A stretch of DNA of 64,000 bases, from the NCBI RefSeq assembly GCF_006345805.1, contig NC_043017.1:4030001-4094000 (forward strand). Reading direction: 5' to 3'. Source of the DNA: Octopus sinensis. Taxonomy: Eukaryota. The notes under the pieces were generated by a model, which made no database searches, was not told where the DNA came from, and was given only the letters and a program-made list of their open reading frames with translations. A program made the position numbers and the translations under genes. Positions 38,693 to 53,673 of this stretch are shown piece after piece. Each line of letters opens with the position of its first letter. The stretch's first letter is position 1.

Positions 38693-39175
38693 CTGTTAAG
38701 CTATTACCGTTTTAGCTATTTAGTCCAAGGCCAAAAAAGATCTGTGATGAAGTACATTCCAGATGTTATCATCGTATCTCATTTTCAGACCGTTGTATAT
38801 CTACTTTATAACTACTTTATCCAATCAGTTCCTTTTTCTATTCTTTTCTTCCTTTTCTTTTTTTATTTATTTATTCATTTATTTATTTATTTATTTATTT
38901 ATTGAAGACGGATGATGTTTGAGGGAAATCTGGATGCTTTTTTCTAGCAGGCCGAACACACACTTACAGGCGCACTCGTTTGCACTCGTATGTGTCTGTG
39001 AATAGTAATGTCTGTGTGTGTGTATGTGTGTGTGAGTGTGAGTGTGCATATATGTCTGACTGTGTGTGTGTGTATGTACATGTATATAGATACATGTATA
39101 TTATATAGATATATATAGTATACATATATATATATCACACATATACATACATATATATGTAAATATATACATATA

Positions 39176-39219
<44 letters not shown>

Positions 39220-39243
39220 TAGATAGATAGATAGATAGCTAGA

Positions 39244-39378
<135 letters not shown>

Positions 39379-39418
39379 AGGCAGGCAGACAGGCAGACAG
39401 ACAGACAGACAGACAGAC

Positions 39419-39493
<75 letters not shown>

Positions 39494-39522
39494 CAGGCAG
39501 GCAGACAGACAGACAGACAGAC

Positions 39523-39599
<77 letters not shown>

Positions 39600-41054
39600 T
39601 ATATAGGTGTGTGTGTGTGTAGATCGATTCCCGGATCGATCGGTGTATGGTGTTCTTGAGCGAGACACTTTATTTCGCGTTGTTCCAGTTCACTCAGCTG
39701 TAGAAATGAATTGCGAAGTCACAGGTGCCAAGCTGTATCGGCCCCTTTGCCTTTCCCTTGGATAACATCAGTGACGTGGAGAGGGGAGGCCGGTATGCAT
39801 GAGCAACTGCTGGCATTCCATAAACAACCTTGCCTGGACTTGTGCCTTGTGAGGGGATAACTTTCTAGGTGCAATCCTATGGTTATTTATGACCGAAGGG
39901 GGTTTCTTCACTCCTTTTATATACATGCTCATACATATTTTTGTATATGTAAATGCATCGCTGCGTGTATATGAGCCATATGTGTACGTATATGAGTATG
40001 CCTATTTGAATTTATGTGCATATGCTTACATAGATGCGCCTGTGTGTGTGTGTGTATGTGTGTGTGTGTGTGTGTCTGTGGGTGTGTGTGTGAAAAGAAC
40101 TGTCGGCTTTCAGTTGTGAGAACATGTGACACCCTTTTTTTTGCAATTTAATATCAATTTATTTATATATTCATCTAATTATCTATTCGGTTGATATAAT
40201 ATAAAGTGGGGTGGTGAGGCGTCAACTCTTACACACAACACACACACACACAGAGAGAGAGAGGCACGCACACACATTACACATACGCCACACACACTCA
40301 AACAGATAATGTCTGTTCCTATACACCACGAACACACCAGATTATGTCGGTAACATTTCACACTGTCCACGCACCTCCTCCGTTCCTCCATACACCTGCG
40401 ACACATCTCACTTTCTCTTTCTCTGCTTTTTTTGTTTTATGATGCACACACCACACATACAATACATACATACAGATACACATACATACAAATAGATACG
40501 TACAGGCGCACACCCTGAACTGTCTTTGAAATGCAACCCCCACTGTGCACTACATTTCTGTACCACCTGCACCACACCCATCCCGTTGTCATGCAGTCTT
40601 AATAAATTTGCACATAGCATCCACTTACACCCACGCACAATACCGAAAATCCCCGAAACCATCTCTTCTCTCTCTCTTCCTCTCTCCCTCTTTCTCTCTC
40701 TTGCCCTCCCTCTCTTCCTCTCTCTTCCTCACTCTCTATCTCTCTATCTATCTATCACTTTCTCGGTCTTTCGCTCGCTTTGATCGCTCGGAGAGTCTGC
40801 ACATTTTCACATACTTAGCGCTTACCCTATTCTCCTCACGTAACCACTGAGCATTCCACTGTCTGAATATTCCACCTCGTCTCTCTCTCTCTCACCTCAC
40901 CTGTATCATCAAATCATTATCACTGAAGACTACCTTTTATTGGATTGAGCATCTGTAAGTTAGAGGGGCACAGATATGGGTGATACGGTGAATAGGGGAC
41001 CACCAGCCAGTCCAACTTGACTGCCTGTTTGTTGCCAAGATATGTATGATACAA

Positions 41055-41376
41055 GGTGGCGAGCTGGCAGAATCGTTAGCACGCCGGGCGAAATGCTTAG
41101 CGGTAATTTCGTCTGCTGCTACGTTCTGAGTTCAAATTCCGCCGAGGTCGACTTTGCCTTTCATCCTTTCGGGGTCGATAAGTTACGCACTGGGGTCGAT
41201 GTAATCAACTTAATCCGTTTGTCTGTTCTTGTTTTTCCCCTCTGTTTAGCCCCTTCTGGGCAATAAAGAAATAAGAATATTTACATAGCGGAATTTGAAC
41301 TCAGAACGTAACGGCAGACGATATACCGTTAGGCATTTCGTCCGGCGTGCTAACGCTTCTGCCAGTTCGCCGCCTT
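41055..41376. mobile_element. SINE A copy (+) followed by an inverted SINE A head (-)
   Basis: 41055-41277 plus strand; 41288-41376 reverse complement of the head. Confidence 0.85.
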
Positions 41377-41679
41377 CAAAAGAAGCTATTTAAATATTGG
41401 AAAAGGGTTACCTGCATCGTGCTAATTGGTGTCTGGGCAGTAAAATGCACAACCACTGCATATATTAAGATGAAAAGAAGACAACTTCAAATAAAGAGAG
41501 ACTTTAATGGATGTGGAAAAAAAAGATTTTATTGTTGGTCCCGCGGTAACTAGCTGTTTGATCCCATGTGAAATCTTTGGGTCCGAAGATTCCCACAGAA
41601 GATGAATCTTCTTCAACTCAGAACATTCTCACCAGAGATAACCCCTCAATGTGAATTGTCCAATACCCAACAACATTAT

Positions 41680-41758
<79 letters not shown>

Positions 41759-42670
41759 TACATATATATATATATATATATATATTAGATATATATATTA
41801 TATTAATATATAATATATATGTATGTATATATGTGTATATATATATGTGTGTTTGTGTGTGTGTGGTGTGTGTGTGGTGTGGTTCATATATTAGCTACAT
41901 ATATATACTACATGTATGTATGTTATTATGGTTGTCGTTTTGATAAATAAATAAGTCAACATTTTAATGTCCTAAAGTTGATGAACCAACTATTGTGCTT
42001 CTCCATTTTCTTATTTGCTATAAGTGTGTTATATATATATATATATATTCATGTTCATATACAAAATCATATATTTATACATATATATGCGTTTGTGAAT
42101 TTAAATATATACATGCATGCGTGTATAAAAATGTGTGTGTGTGTGGTGTAAAATAGTGTTAGTTTGGGGCTAGAAACGCACCGGAGTCGTAAATCGAATT
42201 GTAGTTTTAAAATTTTTAATGAATTTATCAAAATGCCATTTTAATAAATTTTTTCCAAAGGTAAAAAAAATAGTTTAAGAGAGATGGTATGGTGCACGAG
42301 AAAATTCGATTTAAAAAATGTTCAAAAATTCAAATATTCGTACAAATTGCAGTATCCAATAAACATCACAGTAATAGAAAATAATATTTATTGAAATTTG
42401 GAATTTCTATGAACATTTGGATTTTTTAACTGTTTTACTGATTTTTCTCTTGCACCTTCAATTTCTCTTAAAGTTTTTTTTATTTATCACTGAAAAATAT
42501 TGTTGAAACCGGTATGGTATTTTGATAAATTTATAAAAAAAACTTTTAAACTGCGAGTAGATAAATCTCTTTTCTTCACAAACACTCACACACACGTACC
42601 CATACATACACAACCACAGTCACAAATGCATACATACATACATACATACATACATACATACATACATACA

Positions 42671-42707
<37 letters not shown>

Positions 42708-44650
42708 CGTATGCATATGTATATGACTACGAAAGGTAAGGTTTCGAACTCAACGCACTGACAACCGGAATAAAATCTGTAAAACATTTTGTTCTGTGTT
42801 CAAATAATAGTCAACTATATCTTTCATTCATGCATAGGGACATTTAGAACTACATCATCGTTTCTTTCCAGTTTTTGGAGGGGTGTATGGTGGATGGAAC
42901 TATTTCAGGGAGATTTGGTTCCTATTTCTAGCAGACTGAGTGACCACGTAGGTAATCCACGAAATGTGGTCCTTCAGAAGGATTTCTGAAGTAATGCTAC
43001 TCGACAGGGAGTAATGTTATTCTGAAGTAATGTTACTCGATCAGGGAGTCTCTCCAAATCGGACCTCCACTTCCCCTCTTTAAGTGGTCACAGTTCCGAT
43101 ACTACAGAGATGTTATTAGAATGTGGCATATCAGTTTGAATGGACAGGCCAATAAGAGAAACAATTTCGTCTTTTATTTTTCCAGGTTACTCTGTCCAAT
43201 GTGGCTTTTACTTAAATTTGCATTTTTAATTTTGCAGACAGTATGATGTGGTTCAGAGAAATGTGATGGCTATTTCTAGCTAATCCGACGATCAGGTAGA
43301 TACTACTTTATTGGGTCACTGTAGTAGAAGAGAGGGGTGATGGGGTTAATGATTTAGATTATGATGTCTGTGCCTTTCTCACGAACTTCATTTAACATCT
43401 TTAGTGGAACAAAAGCTAAAATGTTGTAGCAAATATTTTTTTCCCACTCGCACGTCGTTCTTACATTTTATTGTTTTTTTCTTTTCAGGTAAATACAAAC
43501 TTAAAGATAGAAACAATATGTTAATTAGATGAAATAAAAGTCGTCTGCTTATTTTGTCTCACGGTTGTTTGGTCGGTCGGTTCGGTCGGGCATCAATTAA
43601 CGGCTTAGCCACACCCACTGTTAATTTGAAGACGAGACACTAAGAATGTAGATGGATCGCCATCAAAAGGCCACTAGACGTGACTAAAAATAAGAATGCA
43701 AAATTTTCAAACTTGCATTTTTATTTTCTGCTGACGAATGCGAGAATATTTATGTTTTTCCCATCGAGTTTCTATTTTCTCCCCCATGCCTCATGTATCT
43801 CTTATCCAATGATAACGCACCACACACTCAGGCACACGTACATAAGCATGCATACACATACACATTATGCATAGGTACGCAATCACATACACTGACACAC
43901 ATAATTACGTTGCTTTGACGTAATTGTAGGGGCATCATAATGACCTACGGCAGGTCTTGAGGTATTTTTGAGGTGTGCCAGTGCCCTACCCCCTACTAGT
44001 CTGGCTACAACCTATTTCTACAAGAAACAGAGAGTGTGGGGGTGGGGGGATGTCTAACCCTTTGCTGGACTGGTAACTTCCTTAATGGACCCCGAAAGGA
44101 TAAAAGATATAGTTGGCCTCATCGGGATTGAACCTGCTAACGAAGAAAGTTAATATGAATACCGTAGACCACTCTGGTGACAACCTTGCTAACATATCAC
44201 TGTACATGTGTGTGTGCGAGAGAGTGTGTGTGTGTGTACGTGTGTGTGTGTGTCTGAGTGTGTGTGCGTAAGTGTATGTATATGTGTGAGTGTGTATGTG
44301 TGTATGTGGTTGTGTGTGTGTATATTTGTATGTGGCCATGTGTGTATGTGAATGTGTTGTGTGTGTGTGAATGAATTGTGTATGAGTGAGTCAATGTTGT
44401 GTATGTGTGTATGTGCGTGTGCGTGTGTCTGTGTATGCGCATGTGTGTCTGAGTGTGTGTGCGTAAGTGAATGTATGTGTGTATGTGGTTGTGTGTGTGT
44501 ATATTTGTATCTGGCCAAGTGTGTGTGTGTAAATGTATTGTGTGTGTGAGTCAATGTTGTGTGTGAGTGTGTGTGTTATGTTGTGCGTCTGCGTGAGTGA
44601 GTGTATGTGTATGTGTGCTTTGTGTGTGAGTATGTGTGTGTGTGTGTGTA

Positions 44651-44688
<38 letters not shown>

Positions 44689-45516
44689 AGAATTTCCAAC
44701 CATTTCACGTGGCTTCTGCTGAAAGTGTGCAACAGCAACAGCTGCAGGGGAAGGTGAGGGGGTGACCTTGCGCCACCTGATGGTCAGGGGGTTAAACTCG
44801 TGATCGTAGAATCGTAGATTCCGTTCCTCGTCCGGGCGGTGACCTTGAGCAAGTTACTTCATTTAATGTTGCCTCATCTCACTCAGCTAAAAATTAGCTC
44901 TAGAAACGGAGAGTTAATATACCAACGAACTGGTGTGTTGTCTAGAAGTCTGAGTGAAGTCTTGGTCTCTCAATCGCTTAAACGCCCCCAAAACCTGGGA
45001 TGAGCACCACCCTGTTGAACCCGTAGGTTAGGGGTAGATTTTAGTTGTTCTATTTTTGTTTTTCACTGACAAACAAGAAAATTTAATGAATAAATTATTC
45101 AAACACAACTGACCACAGTTGGTCAGCCGTTGTGAAAGTGTTGGGCGTAAGATCGGTCGGCTGATATTTGCAGATGACAGAATGCTACTTAGCAAATCAG
45201 GATTTGGCTCACTGTCGAGTACTGCAAGGCATGGATGAGGATTAGTGTTGCAAAGACTGAGACATTGGTTCTCTCAAGAAATTTTTCCCAGTGCACCCTG
45301 CATTTTAGTAGAAGGATTACCTATGGCTAAATTCTAAAAAACGACTTCATGGACTGTGGAGTTAACAGACTTTATGTGGTCGCCGTACAACCTGCCAAAA
45401 ATTGTAGCCAAATCTTCCTCAAAATCGCTTTCATCAAAACAAAAAGGCGTGATGGTCACAGTTGCAAAATATTTTATTATAGGTCTGATCAATCAGACCT
45501 TACCTAGGACTAGACA

Positions 45517-45554
<38 letters not shown>

Positions 45555-47401
45555 AACTACTACTACTACTACTACTATTACTACTATACTACTACTACTA
45601 GGATCATATTTCTTAATAATTCGATAGAAATACATTTCTTATCTTCTCTTTTAGAATTCCATTCAAATCTAGGATGAATTACAGGAATATTGAACCGATC
45701 TCAGTGCTTGACTGCGGAGGTGCGTGGCTTAGTGGTTAGGGTGTTGGACTCATGATTGTAAGGCTGTAGTTTCGATTCCGGGACCGGATGACACGTTGTG
45801 TTTTTTTGAGCAAAACCCTTCATTCCACGCTGTTCCAATCCACCCAGCTTGCAAAAGTGAGTAAGTCTGCGACGGACCAGTGTCGCGCCCATAGCCGAGT
45901 ACATAGGCCACGGAAACCAGGAAACCGGCCCTATGAATCTATATATGATTCTAGAAGGATCGTTTATCTTACATGTTTGACTGGTACTTTATTTTATCGA
46001 CTACAGCAGAATGAAAAGCCGAGTTCAAAGCTGACCCCCGGCAGCTATTAAATTCAGAACGTAAAAGAGCCGGAACCAAAAAGCTTTCTGTTGTTTCTTC
46101 TTTTCTTTTCATTAAAGCATTTTTGACATATTAAAGAAACCTTGTCAATACGTTTATAACTGGCTGTCAAGATAACATTTGTAAGACAGTGTACTCTTTT
46201 CTCTTTTACTTGTTTCAGTCAGTTGACTGCGGCCATGCTGGAGCACCGCCTTTAATCGAGCAAATCGACCCCGGGACTTAGTCTTTTGTAAGCCCAGAAC
46301 TTATTCTATCGGTCTCTTTTGCCGAACCGCTAAGTAACGGGGACATAAACACACCAGCATCGGTTGTCAAGCAATGCTAGGGGGACAAACACAGACACAC
46401 AAACACACACACGCATGTATTTATATATATATACATATATACGACGGACTTCTTTCAGTTTCCGTCTACCAAATCCACTCACAAGGCTTTGGTCGGCCCG
46501 AGGCTATAGTAGAAGACACTTGCCCAAGTTGCCATGCAGTGGGACTGAACCCGGAACCATGTGGTTGGTAAACAAGCTACTTACCACACAGCCACTCCTG
46601 TACGTATATATATATATTATTAACGTATTGGCACATTTTCAAGCATTATTAACACATACATAACATGCCTCTCATCTACGTGTCATTTTGCTTAAAATAT
46701 CTACGATCGGAGAAGATAAAATCTAAGTGTGAAAAACAAGCCTTAGAAATTAATGTAGCCCGAATTTTGTTTCATTTATTTATTCAGTTCATTAAAAGAA
46801 GATAAATCTGTGAAACACAAATCTAAAGCTGGACGAAACCGGTTTTATCGAAGTTTCCAACGAAAATGTAGTGGGGGCGTTGTCTGTGTGCTGTCTTTAT
46901 TCAGTAAAAATTCATGATTATAAAAAATGAAATAAATATCGTTATCGTTATAAAGGGTGAACAGGGTGTGGCAAACCCTCGGTGGTTGGGGGAGAAATAT
47001 AAAACTTTGAAAAGAGGGATGGGGAAAAAAATGCTTGTAAATCAGACGAAAGAGAACCCAACTCGCCCTCACTGCCCCATAAGACGACATAAAGGTTGTC
47101 AGTCCTGCAAATAAACAAATGTAACCCCGAGATTAAACCCGAAGGCCTTGAGGTTTAATGGTTCTTTCTACAATAGACACAAGGCCTGGTACGTATTTTA
47201 TTGGCGGAATTTGAACTCAGAACGTAACGAGTCGGAGGAAATGCCGCTAAGCACATAGTCCGATGTGCTAACGATTCTTGTAGTTGAGGTAATAATAGTC
47301 GTTTCTGTTACAGACACAAGACCTGGAATTTTGGGGGAGTGAGTTCGTCAATTACATCGACCCCAGTGCTCAACAGGTACTTGCTTTTTAGTCGGACAGT
47401 T

Positions 47402-47439
47402 TTGTCCGACGAACGGGAACGGGAAACTCTGAGTAATAG
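47402..47439 (+). ncRNA. Minimal hammerhead-like motif (CCGACGA core), GUA site intact; same family as 29801
   Basis: TTGT-CCGACGA-A-CG(GGAA)CG-G-GAAA-CTC-T-GAG-TA-ATAG; downstream flank homologous to 29839-29874. Confidence 0.62.
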
Positions 47440-47489
47440 CTTTTGCTATATTTCTGCTGCTTTTAAATAAAGTATATACATATATATAA

Positions 47490-47524
<35 letters not shown>

Positions 47525-47734
47525 TATACATACATACATACATACATATACGCACGCACATGCATACAGACATATATATATACATACATGCATACATACA
47601 TACATACATACATACATACAAACATACATACATACATACAAACATACATACATACATACAAACATACATACATACATACACGCATGCATACATACATACA
47701 TACATACATACATACATGCATACATACATACATA

Positions 47735-47765
<31 letters not shown>

Positions 47766-48095
47766 CATAGATACATACATATATACATACATACATACAT
47801 TCATGCATACACACATACATACATACACACACACTTACATACATACATACATGCATACATACATACATACATACATGCATGCATGCATGCATACATACAT
47901 ACATACACACACACACACATACATACATACATACATACATACATACATACATACATACATACATACATTCTTGTTTAAGAATTTGTACTCTACAAAATGT
48001 AGAGAAGCCCATCAGATTAATGTAAAACTGTTTTTATTACAGCTGAACATAAAACCGAACAGTAATGCGCACACACACACACACGTATATATATC

Positions 48096-48143
<48 letters not shown>

Positions 48144-48943
48144 AACAGAAAGATAGAGAAAGAGAGAGGAATGTATATAAACCGACTTTATTGATACAAC
48201 TGGACGTCGGGAATTATATTACTAATTTCGTTAGATTTGTTTCTGTGTTATCTAAAATGGCTGGGGTTGCGTCGTAAGTTTAGTTTTGACCCAAAAGAAA
48301 ATCTGTCAACAGTTACACAGGAAACAGGGCCCAGCCGGGACCAAGAATCGTCGATCTCGGCTGTCTTTACGAACTCCGCGCGTGTATGTGTGTGCGTGAG
48401 AGAGAGAGAGACTGTAATTGTGTGGGTGTGTCACTTACTCAAGCCCATCGCTCCCTATACAGAATAAGGCCATCGACATTTTTCCGTTATTCTCTCCCAG
48501 ATCTCTTTAGTTTTTAATGATCAATCGATGCATCTGTAATTTTGCTTCTATTTTTCTAGGTAGGGGTGCAACCCCCTTTTTTTAATTCCGTGAAGAGGTG
48601 GTCCATATTAGACTTGCATCTCTCCTTTCACAAGTTCACCACGAGAGGCCTTTCAAAGAGCTTGCGGTTCCCTCGCATAGCTCTCAGGGTCAATGAAACA
48701 CTTAGGCAACAAGAACGCAGCAAGGACCGGATTTTGCGGTAGATGCTTCTGTGTACGTATGTATAATTGCAAACGGGAGAAAACGAGTACTCAATTATTT
48801 ATGTAGAGTATATAAGTTCTAATTATATATACACGTTTGTATATGCATATGTATAGATCTCTGTCTGCCAAGACATATATAAGCACATATGTATGCATGT
48901 ACATATATGTACGATGTATGTAAGTGCATATATATATGTGTAA

Positions 48944-48990
<47 letters not shown>

Positions 48991-49000
48991 TATGTGTATG

Positions 49001-49032
<32 letters not shown>

Positions 49033-49081
49033 ATAGTATATATATATATATATAACACCCATTTGTAAGAGATAGATAGAT

Positions 49082-49139
<58 letters not shown>

Positions 49140-49259
49140 CAGATAGATAGATCTACATACGTTTACTTGATCAATGTATGTATATATGTACGTGTGTGTG
49201 TGCATATGGGTGAGTGTAGGTGGGGCGGGTGTATGCGTGCATATATATGTATATATATA

Positions 49260-49493
49260 CAGGGTGGCCCAAAAGTAGATTTACTGCTATTAAACTATCT
49301 CTTTCGCATTCATATGTTAAGTTTATATCTTAATTATTAAAAAATATGAAACCATTAATCTTTGCTAATTTAATTAATTTTGTGAAGCTCTCTTTTTCAG
49401 TTTGTCAAATAGAAATTTAAATGTAATAAAATGTTTTAAAAGAAATTTTAAATGCCTACGTGGTAACTATAAACCTACTTTGGGGCAACCCTG
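49260..49493. mobile_element. Tc1/mariner-type MITE
   Basis: TA-cagggtggcccaaaagtag ... ctactttggggcaaccctg-TA. Confidence 0.85.
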
Positions 49494-49743
49494 TATACTA
49501 TATACTATATATATGTATATGCATATATATATATATATATGCATATATATATATGTATATATATATATACACACACACACGTACACGTAGGTGCGTATTT
49601 GGTCAGTGGGACCTATATACGTGGATATATGTATGTGGTTGTGTGTGTGTGTGTGTATGTGTACATGTGTGTGAGTGATGCGTGCTGTGTCATGCATACA
49701 CATACACACATATATCCTTATTTGGTCAGTGGGACATAGGTGG

Positions 49744-49787
<44 letters not shown>

Positions 49788-50331
49788 ATATGTGTATGTA
49801 AAAATGTGTGTGTGTTTGGGTGGGTAAGGGTGAGTTCGAGTGTGTGTGTGAGAGAGAGAGAGAGAGGGAGAGAGAGAGGAGAGAGATTGTATACTTTCAG
49901 TAACACAATTTTCTCTCTCAAATCGATGACTGACACGTTCTCTTAACATCTGTGAACCACACCTTCTCTTAAACATAGGTGTCAAACCTACCAGACAGGT
50001 ACAATCTACAGTGTAACCTAATTTACCAGGTAGAGCTGCACACAGATATTAAGAAATAGCTATATTTAGTTTGTAAGTAAGCAACCCGGCTCAATAAATT
50101 TCTCCCGTATTTGCAGCTATTTTGGCTACCACCTCTAATTGTAACGACCCACTGCGGGGAGTTCAGTATAGTTGCTTGACCTGCTAGAAATCCTAGCTAA
50201 ATTTCTTCTCAAATTACTATTACCCATCTTAACAAAGTGGTCATATTAGCTAATGTAGTCCTATGTACAATACAGTGTGCTTGAAAACTTAAATATAATA
50301 AAAGTAGGGTCACTGTCGGCAATGTCTTTGA

Positions 50332-50498
50332 CAGGGCCGGCCCTAGGGTTGCTGGTGCTCCGGGCAACCTGAACTTCGGTACCCTTACAAATATAATTTT
50401 TTAAAACTTTCACAAAGAGAAAAACTGAAAATGTAGACTAAAAAGCACATGGCGCCCCGGGCGACTGCCCGAGTTGCCGGTACCTTGAGCCGGCCCTG
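50332..50498. mobile_element. hAT-like MITE with perfect 8-bp TSD
   Basis: TIRs cagggccggc / gccggccctg; TSD gtctttga at 50324-50331 and 50499-50506. Confidence 0.92.
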
Positions 50499-51079
50499 GT
50501 CTTTGACTGTAGGTATGTGCAATCAGAGTTGACATGGGGCCAGGTAACAGCTTCCAAATCAATCTGTATATTCAGCAAAACTCATTCCGATCTCTCCTAC
50601 TCCAGTCACATACTCAGGGCTGGCCATTGTGCTGCTAGTGTCCCGAGCAAGCTGGATTCAGTACCCTTACAAGTATTTTTTAAAAGTACAAATGTTGGAA
50701 TAAACTGTTAATTACAATTTATTAAATCTAAGAATAAAGAACTTTATTTCATTTTCTTTCTTACTATTTTTATTTGTTCCTTCTCGAGCCACGCCTGGAT
50801 CATAAGGGCCGGTTTTCCGGTTTCCTTGGTATATAGGTTCCCCACCTGGACGGGACGCCGATCCGTCGCAGGTGAGCTGCAAGATGCAGGAGGAAAGAGT
50901 GAGAGAAACTTGTGGCGAAAGAGTCAGCAGAAGTTCACCATTACCTGCTGCCGGAGTCGCATGGAGCTTAGGTGTTTCGCTCATGAACACACACATCGCC
51001 CGGTCTGAGATTCGAACCCGCGATCCCTCGATCGCGAGTCCGCTGTTCTAACTACTAGGCCATGTGCTTCCACTTTACT

Positions 51080-51300
51080 TGATATGCTCTCCCCCAAATG
51101 TGTGACGTTCTCGGTGACAGCGCAAATCGCCTCTCCGACCGCCACAGCACATATTCATAATTGCTGAGTGCCAAAACCTCTCTGAAAGTCTCAATCCAAC
51201 AAAATGACCGGCCCATTCTAGCTGCATCCCTTCTGTTGTGTTTAAACTTTTTTCCAATCTTCGCCCAGTTGTTGTTTCATTCTTTTATTGCGGAAAACTA
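51080..51300 (-). mobile_element. Decayed RTE-like LINE 3' fragment
   Basis: QLEWAGHFVG resembles the RTE WAGHV motif. Confidence 0.45.
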
Positions 51301-51457
51301 TTCCTGTCTTTGGTAACACGCAATTCCTAAAGATGTCCAATTCCATGACTGCTGGTCACTGATACCGGTTCAACGCTCTCAGTTTTAACGTCTCAGGAGT
51401 GATGAAAACATGAAAGCAAAATAAAAACAAGGGTGAGCATTCATTCACCAGGGACTT

Positions 51458-51787
51458 TAAAAGGTAGTTCAGTCGGTACTACATCGACCCGGGATCCGGA
51501 GGGCCAAGGAAAAGTGCTAAGGAAAAGGCTAAGGAAAAGGCCAAGGAAAATGCCAAGAAAAGGCCAAAGAAAAGTACCAAGGAAAAGTGACTATAAAAGG
51601 TAGTTCAGTCGGTACTACATAGACCCGGGATCCGGAGGGCCAAGGAAAAGGCCAAGGAAAAGTGCCAAGGAAAAGGCCAAGGAAAATGCCAAGGAAAAGT
51701 GCCAAGGAAAAGGCTAAGGAAAAGTGACTATAAAAGGTAGTTCAGTCGGTACTACATCGACCCGGGATCCGGAGTGCCAAGGAAAGT
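51458..51787. repeat. Nested tandem repeat: 136/137-bp units with internal 12-13-bp gccaaggaaaag sub-repeats
   Basis: Units start at 51458, 51594 and 51731 (third truncated). Confidence 0.92.
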
Positions 51788-53102
51788 CCCCGTAACTGTC
51801 AACCAGGTTCCTCTCTTAAAAAGAAAGAAAGAAAGAAAGAAGAAAGAAAGAAAGAAAGAAATATCTCACAGTCCTGATAGTAACCACAATCGAGGAAGCT
51901 AATTGATCCACTGAATACTGTAAGAATACAAAAAGGTTTGATTATCAGCAACGTCTGGCGCCTTTTGAACAAAGGGTTCGACAGACCGTAAATGAAATGT
52001 GTTTTGGAGTTACTGGCATATTTCTCATGGACATGATATAACCAGATCTACTGGAAACTTAATCGCTGATGTCATACCCTGGTCGTCCCTCGGCCTTGAG
52101 ATCTGCAAAAGCATTGTCATTGCACTTGACGTTAGCAAAGTTTTCAACCGAAACTAACACGCGGAACTTGTAGCTTAAGTGCCCATAGTTATAGGTTCAA
52201 CAGTCCAAAGCTGGCACCAGCGGTATTTGTCCAGCCTTCAATATGACCCCTCATCTCTCAATCCAACAATGTGCGCCCTAGACCGGCCTACAATCTGCTC
52301 TTCTTCCTGCCAGTCCTACGATATAGGACCCACTTTTCTCCAGCCTTGCAGTGTCTTTTCCCTTCTCCGGGTTTTTCCTAAACTTCTTCCATCTATAACA
52401 CGTACTCATATATAACATAACCAAATGAAGGAGCGTCAACATGCCCGCTAGACCTTCTAGAAATAGCAGCTAACATTTCTTCAAAGAACATTCTACTGTG
52501 CTAAACGAAAAAGTGATATATAAGATGGTCACGGTTAGAATGTCTTTAATCGTAAGTTTGCAAGATCGATCTTTACCCAAGACTAGATAACATCCTCAGC
52601 TTAATCGTATGCAAATAATACACCCATCTTCTTCAGGAAAGGCCTTAAAAAATCCTTCCATGGGGACATGGAAACCTGGTTGCTTTCGGCAACACAAATA
52701 TAATTAAGGAAATGTTGCTCCAGCTATCTATACACCACGAATCATATTCCATTACAGCCCTCAAACACGACAATTTCCAGACCACACAAGATTGTGGCGA
52801 ACTCACGTGCAACACTTTGAAAACTCTCTTCTATTTACGAGGATTCCTCTTTAGAGCTTGGAAAATATTTCCGAAACCCTCCAAAGTGCTTTGATAGATA
52901 GATAGACAGATAGATAGATTTATTGATTAACAGATTAGTATATGTATATATACGTGATATATATATTATATATATATATATACATACATACATACATACA
53001 TCATACATACTACATTACATACATACATACATACATGCATGCATGCATACATGCATACATACATACATACATACTTACATACATACATACATATACATAT
53101 AA

Positions 53103-53138
<36 letters not shown>

Positions 53139-53521
53139 TGTATGTATATATGCATGTTATGTATGTATATATGCGCAAGTATACGCAAACATACATGTAT
53201 ATATGTTTATGTACCTATACATACATATAAATACATACATATATATATATAATATTATATATATATATATATATTAGAATATATATATATATTAATATAT
53301 ATATATTTTGTGTGTGTGTGCATGTGTATTTAGATACAGGTACATAATGTGGGTATATGTGCACATACACACACTAGCATACCGAATATATATGCATATA
53401 TATATATATACATATTAATATATATCATAATATATTATATACATATATGTATATAATATATTATAATGTGTATATATATATATACATATATATATTATAT
53501 ATATGTATATAATATATTATA

Positions 53522-53562
<41 letters not shown>

Positions 53563-53640
53563 GACATGAGCATATATGTACAATATAAATACATTCAAAA
53601 CAAATATACGAAAAAAAATGAATACACACACACATACACG

Positions 53641-53673
<33 letters not shown>

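Noticed and set aside
43170-43500. Several plus-strand acceptor-like sites, including ttttcag|gtaaat
   Set aside because: No plus-strand gene or ORF to attach them to; expected by chance in T-rich DNA
51458-51787. CRISPR-like array
   Set aside because: Eukaryotic context, spacers are sub-repeats, no cas genes
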